Source: an uncultured cyanobacterium
Lineage (GTDB): Bacteria; Cyanobacteriota; Cyanobacteriia; Pseudanabaenales; Pseudanabaenaceae
Direction: 5' to 3'
DNA length: 64,000 bases
NCBI GenBank assembly: GCA_963703315.1
Contig: OY969811.1
Coordinates: forward strand, 3,008,001 to 3,072,000
The first letter of the stretch is position 1, and each line of letters opens with the position of its first letter. A model generated the notes under the pieces. It did no database searches and had not been told where the DNA came from. It worked only from the letters and a program-made list of their open reading frames with translations. Of this stretch, positions 8,275-18,395 are shown piece by piece. The position numbers were made by a program, and so were the translations under genes.

Positions 8275-10003
8275 TTGGATTAAGATAATCTGCTTAAGTT
8301 TCTTGATATGGGCATTGGTCATATCACCTCTAATGGCAATTCCCATTAATGACATTCCCAATCCTCGCAAATTAAATGGAACTTGGGTAAGTGATGTGGC
8401 GAATATTCTGAGTGCAGATACAGAATCACAAATCAATCAAAGAATCTCTCAGTTAGAGGCTCGCAATGGTACAGAAATCGCCGTGGTAACTGTTCCTGAT
8501 ACAGCGCCAGCAAACAGTGTGAAATCCTATACTACAGAGTTATTTAATACTTGGGGAATTGGTAAACGCGGCATTGATAATGGCGTATTATTTCTAATTG
8601 CAGTTAAGGAACGAAGAATAGAGATAGAAACTGGGCGCGGAATTACTCCACATATTAATAACGATCAGGTCGTGCAAATTATTGAAACAAAGATTAAGCC
8701 AGAATTTAAACTTCAGAACTTTGATCAGGGCGCAATCAAAGGCGTAGAAGAATTAGCAAGTCGCCTAGAGGTAGTGAGTTTTATCCCAATCAAAAATCAA
8801 AGCTCTTTCAATATCCTGATATATCAGTTGATAGGAATTAGCGGTATAGCGATCGCCATTGGTGGCATTATTTGGACAGTTTTAAAAATCAACAAATGGT
8901 GTGAGCAATTACCAAATACATCCAAATCATTGCAAAGCCCTCTAGTATTCCAATTAGAAGCCCCAAAAATCTATGAGGTGGCGAAGCAGCCATTGTTATT
9001 AATTGCTTTGGGGATAGGGGCGATCGCCGTTAGCGTTTGTGCGTTGCTAGTAAGTAACTCATCAACAAGTTTGTCATTAATGGATAGAAAATTTAGTGAT
9101 TTAATTTTTCGTGATATTGTACCAATTAATTTTGTTATTCCATTAGTCAGTCTCCCAATGTGGTTCGGACTTGCTTATTACTGGTCAACAAAATTGTCAA
9201 AAGTCTTACAAAGAGAAAGACATTCCTTATGGATACGCTTTTTTAAGACACTCGGCAAGAATTTACTTCTGCTATTAATGCTCGAAATTTATCTTTCCGT
9301 AGCAGTAGCAATCTTAACATTACTGAGTGTTAATTCTATCTTTGTCAGATATCTGTTATTTGTCATAATCATTTTAATCATCGCAATTAGCTATCAATTA
9401 TTTTTAATCTATGTGATCAATAATCTAGCGGCATACGATGAAAAAAATGTTAAAGATCAGTATTTTTGTGCAACTTGTCGTACACCTACTCAACGTCTAG
9501 ATGAGGCATTATTTGATAAATATCTCACTAAGCCAGAACAACAGGCAGTTGCGTTAGGCAATGCCACTTATGCATTATATTCTTGCGATCGCTGTCATCC
9601 CCTAACTAGTCAAATCACTAGTCAAATCACTAGTCAAAATGGTAAAGGCGATCGTCAACATATTTATTGCCATCCCCATATTTTAAAAGAAGAATCTATT
9701 TGTCCTAAATGTAAATATCCGACGGCGATCGCTACAGATCTCAAGCAATCTCGCAAGCCCAAAAAATTCCCGAAGCAAGGCTCTAAAGAGGCGATTAGTA
9801 TCTTGCAATGCCAAAACTGTTTCCATGAGCAACCAGTTTATCCCTATGTCGCTAGTACTAGAAATTATTTCAGTGATCATAGCTCAGACTATAGCTCTAG
9901 CAGTTCTTCGAGTGATTCCTCCGATTATGGAAGTAGTTCTTCCTCTAGCAGTGATTTTGGCGGCGGGGGCAGCGATGGGGGCGGGGGCGGGAGTGACTGG
10001 TAA
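8264..10003 (+). CDS. TPM-domain membrane protein with Zn-ribbon motifs and a Gly/Ser tail
   Basis: Signal peptide, TPM motifs (WGIGKRGIDNGVL, IETGRG), several TM helices, four CxxC motifs, FGGGGSDGGGGGSDW tail. Confidence 0.85.
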   Translation: MKGNWIKIICLSFLIWALVISPLMAIPINDIPNPRKLNGTWVSDVANILSADTESQINQRISQLEARNGTEIAVVTVPDTAPANSVKSYTTELFNTWGIGKRGIDNGVLFLIAVKERRIEIETGRGITPHINNDQVVQIIETKIKPEFKLQNFDQGAIKGVEELASRLEVVSFIPIKNQSSFNILIYQLIGISGIAIAIGGIIWTVLKINKWCEQLPNTSKSLQSPLVFQLEAPKIYEVAKQPLLLIALGIGAIAVSVCALLVSNSSTSLSLMDRKFSDLIFRDIVPINFVIPLVSLPMWFGLAYYWSTKLSKVLQRERHSLWIRFFKTLGKNLLLLLMLEIYLSVAVAILTLLSVNSIFVRYLLFVIIILIIAISYQLFLIYVINNLAAYDEKNVKDQYFCATCRTPTQRLDEALFDKYLTKPEQQAVALGNATYALYSCDRCHPLTSQITSQITSQNGKGDRQHIYCHPHILKEESICPKCKYPTAIATDLKQSRKPKKFPKQGSKEAISILQCQNCFHEQPVYPYVASTRNYFSDHSSDYSSSSSSSDSSDYGSSSSSSSDFGGGGSDGGGGGSDW

Positions 10004-10119
10004 TTAACTTTTGTAATGACATTGCCAGCATCTTCTTTTAAACTTATCGATAAACCTATAATAGAACTGGAAGATAAAGACACCTTCATCTTTCACACAG
10101 CACATTGGAGGTTAAAGCA

Positions 10120-12348
10120 ATGTATGTAGAATGGCAGGGCTTTACGGAAGGCAGTTGGACAAGAGAAATTAACGTTAGGGATTTTATCCAAAAAAATTAC
10201 ACTCCCTACGAAGGATCTGCCGAATTTCTAGTTGCACCCACCGCAAACACCAAGCAGCTTTGGGATGAAGTCTTAGAACTGATGAAGCTGGAACGCGAAA
10301 AGGGGGTATTGGATGTTGACACAAAGATTCCTACGGGAATCGCTGTCCATGACGCAGGATATATCAACCGCGAACTAGAACAAATTGTCGGTTTGCAGAC
10401 TGATAAGCCACTCAAACGCGCCATCATGCCCTATGGCGGTATTCGCGTGGTCAAGGCAGGTTTAGAAGCCTATGGCTATCAACTTGATCCTGAGACAGAA
10501 GAAATTTTTACTAAATATCGTAAGACCCATAACGATGGTGTATTTGATGCCTACACCACTGAAATGCGAAAGGCAAGGAAATCAGGGATCATCACAGGTT
10601 TGCCCGATGCCTATGGTCGTGGACGCATTATTGGTGACTATCGCCGTGTTGCTCTCTATGGAGTCGATCGCCTGATTGATGACAAAAAGACCCAGAAAGA
10701 TTCTCTCGAATTGGATGTAATGGATGAAGAAACCATCCGTTTGCGGGAAGAAATTTCTGAACAGATTCGAGCCTTGCTAGAACTCAAGGAAATGGCAGCG
10801 AAGTACGGCTTTGACATTGGTCGTCCTGCGATGACCGCTAAAGAAGCAGTGCAGTGGCTCTATTTTGCCTACTTAGGCGCGGTCAAAGAACAAAATGGGG
10901 CTGCTATGTCCCTCGGTCGCGTTTCGACGTTTCTCGATATCTATTTCGAGCGCGATTTGGCTAAAGGCGCAATCACCGAAACAGAACTGCAAGAACTGGT
11001 CGATCATTTTGTGATGAAGTTACGCATGGTACGCTTCTTGCGGACGACCGATTACAATGAGCTATTCTCAGGCGATCCCACATGGGTAACCGAAGCGATC
11101 GGTGGGATGAGTGCCGATGGTCGCACTTTAGTGACCAAAAACAGCTTCCGATTCCTGCATACCCTCGTCAATCTTGGAGCCGCACCAGAGCCTAACTTGA
11201 CTGTATTGTGGTCAGAACATTTACCCGATAGCTTTAAGCAATTCTGTGCCAAGGTTTCCAGCGATACTAGTTCGATCCAATATGAAAACGATGACTTGAT
11301 GCGTCCAACCTACGGTGATGACTATGCGATCGCCTGTTGTGTATCAGTGATGCGAATTGGTAAACAGATGCAATTCTTCGGCGCTAGGGTGAACTTAGCG
11401 AAAGCCCTGCTCTATGCGATCAATGGTGGTAAGGATGAAAAGTCTGGGCAGCAAGTTGCACTAGAGTTTGCACCGATTACCAGTGAATATCTCGATTACC
11501 ATGAAGTTAACGATCGCTTGCAGCAAATGATGGCATGGCTGGCGAAGGCATACATCAACACGCTGAATGTCATTCACTATATGCATGACAAGTATTGCTA
11601 CGAACGTCTGGAGATGGCACTACACGATCGCGATGTCTATCGGACGATGGCTTGTGGGATCGCTGGTTTGTCAGTAGTGACGGACTCGCTCTCGGCAATT
11701 AAATATACCAAAGTGAAGGTGATTCGCAACGAGCAAGGCTTAGCGGTAGATTACGAAATCGAAGGCGAATATCCTAAGTATGGCAATAACGATGATCGCG
11801 TGGATAGTATGGCGATCGACCTTGTGGCAAAGTTTATGAATGAGATCCGCAAACATCCCGCCTATCGTCATGCCGTGCCTACGCAATCGGTACTCACGAT
11901 TACTTCCAATGTGGTCTATGGCAAGAAAACGGGCAACACTCCCGATGGACGTAGGGCGGGTGAACCCTTTGCCCCCGGTGCTAACCCTATGCATGGACGC
12001 GACAGTTGCGGTGCGATCGCCTCGCTCTCATCGGTTGCCAAACTGCCCTATAGCGATTGCCAAGACGGTATCTCGAATACTTTCTCAATTATGCCAAGTG
12101 CCTTGGGTAGACAGGAAAGCGATCGTACGAATAACCTCGTGAGTTTGCTAGATGGCTATTTCCACGATGGCGGTCATCACATTAACGTCAATGCCCTTGA
12201 CCGCAGCACCTTACTCGATGCGATGGAACATCCTGAAAAGTATCCACAGCTTACAATTCGGGTTTCGGGCTATGCTGTCAACTTCATCAAGCTCACCCGT
12301 GAGCAGCAAATGGATGTGATTAAACGCACGTTCCATGAACGAGTATAG
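10120..12348 (+). CDS. pflB: Pyruvate formate-lyase (formate C-acetyltransferase)
   Basis: IACCVS active-site Cys pair and RVSGYAV glycyl-radical motif; GGAGG ribosome-binding site before ATG 10120. Confidence 0.97.
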   Translation: MYVEWQGFTEGSWTREINVRDFIQKNYTPYEGSAEFLVAPTANTKQLWDEVLELMKLEREKGVLDVDTKIPTGIAVHDAGYINRELEQIVGLQTDKPLKRAIMPYGGIRVVKAGLEAYGYQLDPETEEIFTKYRKTHNDGVFDAYTTEMRKARKSGIITGLPDAYGRGRIIGDYRRVALYGVDRLIDDKKTQKDSLELDVMDEETIRLREEISEQIRALLELKEMAAKYGFDIGRPAMTAKEAVQWLYFAYLGAVKEQNGAAMSLGRVSTFLDIYFERDLAKGAITETELQELVDHFVMKLRMVRFLRTTDYNELFSGDPTWVTEAIGGMSADGRTLVTKNSFRFLHTLVNLGAAPEPNLTVLWSEHLPDSFKQFCAKVSSDTSSIQYENDDLMRPTYGDDYAIACCVSVMRIGKQMQFFGARVNLAKALLYAINGGKDEKSGQQVALEFAPITSEYLDYHEVNDRLQQMMAWLAKAYINTLNVIHYMHDKYCYERLEMALHDRDVYRTMACGIAGLSVVTDSLSAIKYTKVKVIRNEQGLAVDYEIEGEYPKYGNNDDRVDSMAIDLVAKFMNEIRKHPAYRHAVPTQSVLTITSNVVYGKKTGNTPDGRRAGEPFAPGANPMHGRDSCGAIASLSSVAKLPYSDCQDGISNTFSIMPSALGRQESDRTNNLVSLLDGYFHDGGHHINVNALDRSTLLDAMEHPEKYPQLTIRVSGYAVNFIKLTREQQMDVIKRTFHERV

Positions 12349-12373
12349 GTTTTCTGGTTATCAAACCCTTATC

Positions 12374-12416
12374 CAAATTGAACCTCGTAAAGTGACACTT
12401 TACGAGGTTCAATTTG
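12374..12416. terminator. Palindrome downstream of pflB
   Basis: caaattgaacctcgtaaagt-gac-actttacgaggttcaatttg. Confidence 0.7.
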
Positions 12417-12533
12417 TAATCGCCTCAAACATTTATACTTCCATCAAAAAGCAATCTTCTCAAAGTTCCAACTATTTTGAGAAATATTCAAATCAATCAT
12501 CAAATTGCGTACAATATGATTAATTTTTAAATC

Positions 12534-12722
12534 ATGCAAGATACTGTCGAATATAACTGTGCTTTTTGCGGAGAGCCCAATATGACATTCGTTGACTTCA
12601 GTGCTGGAATGCACCAGTCCTATGTGGAAGATTGTGAGGTATGTTGCCAACCAAATGTGTTATATATCCAAATTGATGAAGAGACTCTAGATGTTGAAAT
12701 TAGCAGTGAACCAGAAAGTTAG
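12534..12722 (+). CDS. CPXCG-type Cys-rich small protein
   Basis: CAFCGE and YVEDCEVCCQP motifs. Confidence 0.8.
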   Translation: MQDTVEYNCAFCGEPNMTFVDFSAGMHQSYVEDCEVCCQPNVLYIQIDEETLDVEISSEPES

Positions 12723-12864
12723 TTTCTGACATTCATAGCCTCATTGATGTGCGCGTTATCAAAGAAGTTTGCTTTAAATAAAGTCATTCCCCCTAATCTC
12801 AATCATAAAGCGATCGCCCCCAGCATAACCAACAACACAAAACAGCGATCGCCCCTATCTCTGG

Positions 12865-13122
12865 CTATTCATAATGTGACCATACAGAGACAACTCTGAT
12901 GGTTTTAGTTTCATCATTGACTGAATAAACTAAACGATGCTTGATATTGATTCGCCTTGAGCAATATCCTTTCAAGTTACCTGAAAGTTTTTCATAGGGA
13001 GGTTCATAGGGATTCTGTTTGAGAATTTCTAGCAAAGATGCGAGGTTTGAGTCTAAATTAGCAGACTTCAACTTTTTGGCATCCTTAATCACATTTCGAC
13101 TAAATTCAATCTTCCAGTCCAT
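12865..13122 (-). CDS. yoeB: Txe/YoeB-family toxin
   Basis: EKLSGNLKG..SRRINIKHRLVY..HYE. Confidence 0.9.
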   Translation of the reverse strand: MDWKIEFSRNVIKDAKKLKSANLDSNLASLLEILKQNPYEPPYEKLSGNLKGYCSRRINIKHRLVYSVNDETKTIRVVSVWSHYE

Positions 13123-13369
13123 TCAAGGCTCCTAGAAACTCATCCTCAGAAACCCAATCATTTGTTTCTTCGGCGGCTCTAATTGATTCAACCAAGTTAG
13201 GTATAGACTGTAGATATAGAGTTTCCTGTATGCTTTCCCAATCAGATTTAGAGAGCAGTACTGCGTCACCTTGCCGACTCGTAATAAATCTTGGTAAATG
13301 ATCCTTGTTAACTTGCTCGACTAAGCTGAACAAGTTGGCTCTCGCTTCACTCGCGTTAAGAATTTTCAT
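13106..13369 (-). CDS. yefM: Phd/YefM-family antitoxin
   Basis: SEARANLFSLVEQV..ETLYL; overlaps the toxin gene; ATG 13369 preferred. Confidence 0.9.
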   Translation of the reverse strand: MKILNASEARANLFSLVEQVNKDHLPRFITSRQGDAVLLSKSDWESIQETLYLQSIPNLVESIRAAEETNDWVSEDEFLGALNGLED

Positions 13370-13385
13370 TCGGAAACCCAAACTC

Positions 13386-13401
13386 GTACAATTAATTGTA
13401 C
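13386..13401. promoter_or_regulatory. Probable YefM-YoeB autorepression operator
   Basis: Perfect 16-bp palindrome GTACAATTAATTGTAC just upstream of yefM. Confidence 0.55.
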
Positions 13402-13488
13402 CACTTTTTTGTTGAGGCGATCGCTCCCAACCCCAACACAACCAACAACATCAAACAGCGATTTTATCAATTCCCAGTGGCTAACTGA

Positions 13489-13932
13489 TCAAATAAGCTC
13501 CAAATCGTTATAAACACTCGGATCGTACAGAACTACATTTTCCTGCTCATTGGGATCATTACGAGAAACGATCGCATGGGCGGCTTCTGTATCACTGAGA
13601 TTATGGGGTTGATGTGGGACACCTGCGGGAATGAAGATAAAATCACCAGCTTCATTAATTACTGATTGGCTCAGCCCTTGACCATAGCGAGTTTCTACTC
13701 TTCCCTTAACTAAATAAATAGCAGTTTCATAGTCACGATGAAAATGTGGCTCGGCTGCACCACCTGCGGGAATGATCACCAAATTCATCGAGATTCCCTT
13801 TGCTCCTGCCGTAGCCCCAGAGATTCCTACAAAATAGGGCAGCTTTTGCAATGTGGCGGTTTCGCGATCGGGACGAACTGTGATGATTTGACTAGAATGG
13901 TCAGGTAATTGCTCAGAATCAGAATTAACCAT
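13489..13932 (-). CDS. Cupin-domain protein
   Basis: PHFHRDYETAIY and GDFIFIPAGVPHQP cupin motifs. Confidence 0.9.
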   Translation of the reverse strand: MVNSDSEQLPDHSSQIITVRPDRETATLQKLPYFVGISGATAGAKGISMNLVIIPAGGAAEPHFHRDYETAIYLVKGRVETRYGQGLSQSVINEAGDFIFIPAGVPHQPHNLSDTEAAHAIVSRNDPNEQENVVLYDPSVYNDLELI

Positions 13933-13998
13933 AGCAATTAGAGATAGTTTTTGTGTTTAGCAGTACTTGCTACAAGTACTAATTACATCATTAATCAT

Positions 13999-14064
13999 AT
14001 ACTCATCAAAAAAGTTAGGATAGTAAGCCCTAAGTAAGTTTTTGGTAACTCTTGCAAATCAGTA
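13999..14064 (+). repeat. Diverged direct-repeat copy of the thrS upstream region (18310-18376)
   Basis: atactcatcaaaaaagttaggatagtaagccctaagtaagtttttggtaactcttgcaaatcagta vs atactcagcaaaaaaagttaagatggtagactctaagtaaaatttttgtaactcttgtaaatcaata. Confidence 0.75.
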
Positions 14065-14194
14065 TGCGATCGCAAAGAGCATTTTACGCTCGATGATTTA
14101 AAGGTTTGCAAAATCATTCTTTTCAGCGATCAATTTTCTGCTAGATCTGTGCTTCTCAAAAATTGTCGCTTTCACTGCCAGCTAGAGGTAAGTT

Positions 14195-14473
14195 TTATTT
14201 TCTCTTGTAAATATCTCCTCTAAAGTCGATCTCATAAATTAATAACTCTTCAACGCTTGTACAAAAAATAACTCGCATTTTACCTACGCGCATTCTTTGA
14301 TAGCCTTTCCATTCACCCTTGAGATTTTTAATGTCTAGTTCTTGAAACGGGATTGAACCACTTTCTTCAATGGAGAGTACAAGCGTTTTCAGCTTTTCCC
14401 GTATTCGCTCTTGGTCTGTTGAGGACAGGGCATTTAAGAATTTGATTGCATTTTTGCTGAATTTAACTTTCAT
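14195..14473 (-). CDS. RelE/ParE-family toxin
   Basis: KNLKGEWKGYQRMRVGKMRVIF..RGDIYK; ATGA overlap with the upstream small gene. Confidence 0.85.
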   Translation of the reverse strand: MKVKFSKNAIKFLNALSSTDQERIREKLKTLVLSIEESGSIPFQELDIKNLKGEWKGYQRMRVGKMRVIFCTSVEELLIYEIDFRGDIYKRK

Positions 14474-14667
14474 GATTTGATCCAATCGGTCATGTCAATA
14501 AATTCTTCGGGAGCATATTGTGATGGGGTGGCAAATTTTGCTCCGATTTCGTGGATCTCTTTATCACTGACAAGTGGGATTAGGGCAAGAAAAAGAGATA
14601 AGCGTTCTTCTCTCAAGACTTCGCGAACACTTTGCTTGATAATGTCTCTAAGCATTTGGGCTTCCAT
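14470..14667 (-). CDS. Putative antitoxin
   Basis: Small ORF coupled to the RelE gene; GGAG ribosome-binding site before ATG 14667. Confidence 0.7.
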   Translation of the reverse strand: MEAQMLRDIIKQSVREVLREERLSLFLALIPLVSDKEIHEIGAKFATPSQYAPEEFIDMTDWIKS

Positions 14668-14681
14668 AGTTGTATCTCCGA

Positions 14682-17600
14682 TCATAAGTTTATGCCTAAA
14701 ATTTGCAATTGTTGATTGATCCAATTAATCGCCACTTTTTCATTTTCTTCTATCGCCTTTTCTACTCCAGTCTTAGCAATTTCTAACAGTTGCTTGGATT
14801 GTTCACGTTTTTGATGTGCTTCTTCAACCCTATTTTTAATCCTTTGTTGGATTTCATCTGGAGCTTCCCATACCCAAAAATTATCTATATCTTTAGGGTA
14901 TAGCTCAGTTTGTCCAGATGAACCTTTTAAATATTTTTCAACTTGATATTGACCAGCAATACTATTGATATAAATTGATAAATAAACTGGATCAAGTACC
15001 TTGGTTCTTAAAATAGTAACGTGATTATCTGGCAAAGCATTTTGCTTATGTAGATATGGAGCGCATCGCCCAATAGTTCCTACACCAGTACCATTAATCA
15101 GGGCATCATTAGTTTGAATAATTAGAGGTTTATCTTCAGGTTGATATTTTGCATAACGGTTATCAACTAAGATAACTTCACCTTCTCTAACGTGCTTTGA
15201 GTTAACAACTGGTAAACCATCTAATATATTTTGATCTTCTTCAAAGTAGCTTGGCTGTTTACCTCGTTGATTCCAAGTTAATAATTCTCCGAGTTTTGAT
15301 AAGTTTACTTTTTGTTCAATTTTTTCGGTAAGTTGATCAAATTTAGGTTGATAGTGTTCAGCATCAAGCCGATCACTTGTCCCAAATGAAGCCGAAAAAC
15401 TCTTAACCGCAATATTTTCATCTGTCGGTTGCCAGTCCTTCAACCCAAGCTCTGACAACAATAAATCTTCAGCTTGTTGATAAAATAATTTCGATTGATC
15501 TAAACAATATTTAGCTGTATCGACAAGATAAGCAATAAATTTCTGAAAATCAATACTTGGAATATAAACTAGCAATGTTTTTAAGTCATCTAGGTTTAAT
15601 CCTGCTTGAATAGCACCCCTAGTTTTTCTAAGCAAAAAACCTTTTCCTGTCTCGGTGTTTAAATAAGTAAGTAAATATTTAGAAAAATACTCATCCTTTA
15701 TTCTGAGGACAGTACTTTTACAGCTAAACATTGCAGGTAAAACTTCATCGGTAACAATGGATGAATTACCTATAGTTCCAACAACTGAAACTAAAACATC
15801 ATTCTTGAGAAGTTTGTACTTCGATAGTCTTATGTAGTCTTTTTCTGGAATATAGTTATTGTCATCATCCATAACAAAAAAAGGTTTTACATCTTTCCCT
15901 CGAACATATCTATACTGTGAACCTTCTTCATAGTTTTCCACAAGAAACTGAGAGCCAAATGGTCCAATTAGGAAACTCGATTTCTCCTCTAAATAGCAGT
16001 GATTTTTACTAGAGATTTTTGTTTCTAGCTCTAGGAATCTTGGACGGTAATATTCAGAATCAATTCTTCCAGAAAATTCAAGACTACTTAATTTAACTTC
16101 TGCTGCTTCTAGCCCATCCATTAACCGATCATACTTCTCAGCATCAAACGGCGTAACAGATGAGCTTAAATCAAAAAAACTTAAATTCTCCTTCTTCGCA
16201 AACTCAATAAATGTCTCAGCAATCCCATCCTCAGTCAAACTATCATGATTGAACAAATCATGCTCCACAATCAAATGACCGTGATCATCTAACAAAAACT
16301 CGCCCGAACCATCGGATTTTTTAACATAAACCTTATCCCCCGAATTATCCTTTCCACTCTTCCGCATCGTCGCAAAAAAGATATTGTAATCATTCTGACG
16401 CGGACACAAAGCCCCAGCCCTCGGATCATCATTCCACTTCTGCACAAACAATACCGAAGTCTTCGTCCCCGTATGCGGTTTAAACGTATTCCCATGCAAC
16501 CCCACCACCGCCAAAATCCGACAGCGTTCCGCAATAAAATCCCGAATATACTTATCCGAAGAATTATTAAACCTTCCCTGCGGCAACACCACCGCCATTC
16601 GACCACCCGCCTTCAAAAAGTCCAGATTGCGCTCAATAAACAAAATATCGCGACCCATCTTTTCCTGACGTTTACCATTAGGCTTCTTAACCGCCAGATC
16701 GTACTTAGACGTAATCCGTGACTCCTTAATTTCCCCTGCAAACGGCGGATTTGCCATTACAATATCAAACTGAAAAGACTTGTAATCATTCTTCTTTTCC
16801 GTAAAGCCCCGCAACCGTTTAAAGCCATCGCCATAAACATCGCGCCAATCCTCCTCTTCTGACCTCTCCTTCCAAGATTCATAGTCCAGCGTATTCAAAT
16901 GCAAAACATTAGTCTCACCATCCCCCGCAATCAAATTTAAAGTCCGCGATACCCGCACCGCCTTCTCATCAAAATCAATCGCAAACACCTTACCCTTAAC
17001 ATAATCCTCACAACGCGCAGGTTTCTTTTCCAACGAGAATAAATTACTAACCTGCAAACCCTCATCAGCAATAATTTGCTGCCACACATGAAAAATCGTA
17101 TGCACAGGAAAACCAGAAGAACCTGCCGCCGTATCAATAATCGCCTCATCCTCTTGCGGATTTAGCATCTTCACACACATATCAATCACATAGCGCGGCG
17201 TGAAATACTGCCCCTTTTCACCCTTACTACTTTGATTAATCAAATACTCGAACGCCTCATCAACCACATCCAGATTGGAATTAAACAACTTCACATTTTC
17301 CAAAGATGATACGCACACCGACAAATGAGCAAGACTGAGCGTAATCTTGTCACTATCTTTAAACACGCCTTCCCATTTCTTTTTGGCGCGATCAAATAAA
17401 CCTTGAATCTTAATTTTTAGCTCAGTATCAGTTTGTCCCGTATTCCGAAACTCTAACAACCTTGTTTTTTTACGCTTCTCATCCCGTCCCGATTCCCACT
17501 CATCATAGAGCTTAGTGAAAATCAACATAAACAACTCTTCAAAAACATCAACTCCAGCATTTGCAAGGACTTCATCCTCCATTTCTAGAATTAGCGCCTT

Positions 17601-18182
17601 TAAAGACTTTTTCTCAGTGACCAGCTTATCTTTTTTAATCAGGTCAACCAGTGTAAACCGTTCATTGAGAATATCCGCCAATGTCTGATTAACATTAGGA
17701 ATATCCGTAATATCTTCAAAATAGTTAGGATCTTTGCGCTGATAAAAGGAAATCTGATCGCCATTAGTCCAAACCCCAATCGGTGAACCCGTTGCATTGC
17801 AATAAGACCGTAACTGATCCTTGCCATCCTTCAGTTTTGGCTTCTTCAATTCCACAATGATATAAGGCACATTCGGGCGATCCTTATCCATAATCGCTAC
17901 ATCAGCCCGTTTCTTTTCCCGCCCAAAAGAAACCTCATACTCTACCAAAATTCGATTAGCTGGATATTGATAGCGCCCTGTCAAAACCTTTAAATAAATC
18001 TGCCTAACTGCCTCTTCAGGGGTTAGCCTAATATCCTTACCCCGCACCAAACACTTAATATAAGGCACATCCCCCTTAGTACTTGATTTCAAAAAAACCG
18101 ACTGCTCAAGCCAATCAATCTCTTCAGGCTTAAACTGCAAAAGCTTATACTCAGAGTCTTTCAGGATATCGGATAGGTTCAT
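14682..18182 (-). CDS. Fused restriction-modification protein (HsdR_N-like nuclease, N6-adenine MTase, two specificity domains; type IIG/IIB-like)
   Basis: RADVAI..IIVELK nuclease motif, GQYFTP, DTAAGSSGF, NPPF, and two TRD-like C-terminal regions. Confidence 0.9.
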   Translation of the reverse strand: MNLSDILKDSEYKLLQFKPEEIDWLEQSVFLKSSTKGDVPYIKCLVRGKDIRLTPEEAVRQIYLKVLTGRYQYPANRILVEYEVSFGREKKRADVAIMDKDRPNVPYIIVELKKPKLKDGKDQLRSYCNATGSPIGVWTNGDQISFYQRKDPNYFEDITDIPNVNQTLADILNERFTLVDLIKKDKLVTEKKSLKALILEMEDEVLANAGVDVFEELFMLIFTKLYDEWESGRDEKRKKTRLLEFRNTGQTDTELKIKIQGLFDRAKKKWEGVFKDSDKITLSLAHLSVCVSSLENVKLFNSNLDVVDEAFEYLINQSSKGEKGQYFTPRYVIDMCVKMLNPQEDEAIIDTAAGSSGFPVHTIFHVWQQIIADEGLQVSNLFSLEKKPARCEDYVKGKVFAIDFDEKAVRVSRTLNLIAGDGETNVLHLNTLDYESWKERSEEEDWRDVYGDGFKRLRGFTEKKNDYKSFQFDIVMANPPFAGEIKESRITSKYDLAVKKPNGKRQEKMGRDILFIERNLDFLKAGGRMAVVLPQGRFNNSSDKYIRDFIAERCRILAVVGLHGNTFKPHTGTKTSVLFVQKWNDDPRAGALCPRQNDYNIFFATMRKSGKDNSGDKVYVKKSDGSGEFLLDDHGHLIVEHDLFNHDSLTEDGIAETFIEFAKKENLSFFDLSSSVTPFDAEKYDRLMDGLEAAEVKLSSLEFSGRIDSEYYRPRFLELETKISSKNHCYLEEKSSFLIGPFGSQFLVENYEEGSQYRYVRGKDVKPFFVMDDDNNYIPEKDYIRLSKYKLLKNDVLVSVVGTIGNSSIVTDEVLPAMFSCKSTVLRIKDEYFSKYLLTYLNTETGKGFLLRKTRGAIQAGLNLDDLKTLLVYIPSIDFQKFIAYLVDTAKYCLDQSKLFYQQAEDLLLSELGLKDWQPTDENIAVKSFSASFGTSDRLDAEHYQPKFDQLTEKIEQKVNLSKLGELLTWNQRGKQPSYFEEDQNILDGLPVVNSKHVREGEVILVDNRYAKYQPEDKPLIIQTNDALINGTGVGTIGRCAPYLHKQNALPDNHVTILRTKVLDPVYLSIYINSIAGQYQVEKYLKGSSGQTELYPKDIDNFWVWEAPDEIQQRIKNRVEEAHQKREQSKQLLEIAKTGVEKAIEENEKVAINWINQQLQILGINL

Positions 18183-18395
18183 CAGGGGCAAAAGGTGTCA
18201 TCTATAAAAGCGTTGTCTGTCATAGAGTGTAGCCTAATTGCGAGAAATAAATAAGTATTAGGTTGGGGTGCGATCGCTAATTTCTAAACTGGTATATAGG
18301 GCGATCGCAATACTCAGCAAAAAAAGTTAAGATGGTAGACTCTAAGTAAAATTTTTGTAACTCTTGTAAATCAATAAAGGTCACGACATCAAGTT

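Noticed and set aside
7015..10003. Pycsar-like cyclase plus membrane effector defence system
   Set aside because: The cyclase is a tandem two-domain protein, and the partner is a TPM protein with no cyclic-nucleotide-binding domain that I can see; kept only as a general finding.
18192..18395. T-box or other leader RNA upstream of thrS
   Set aside because: The region is short and AT-rich, with no T-box consensus or terminator/antiterminator.
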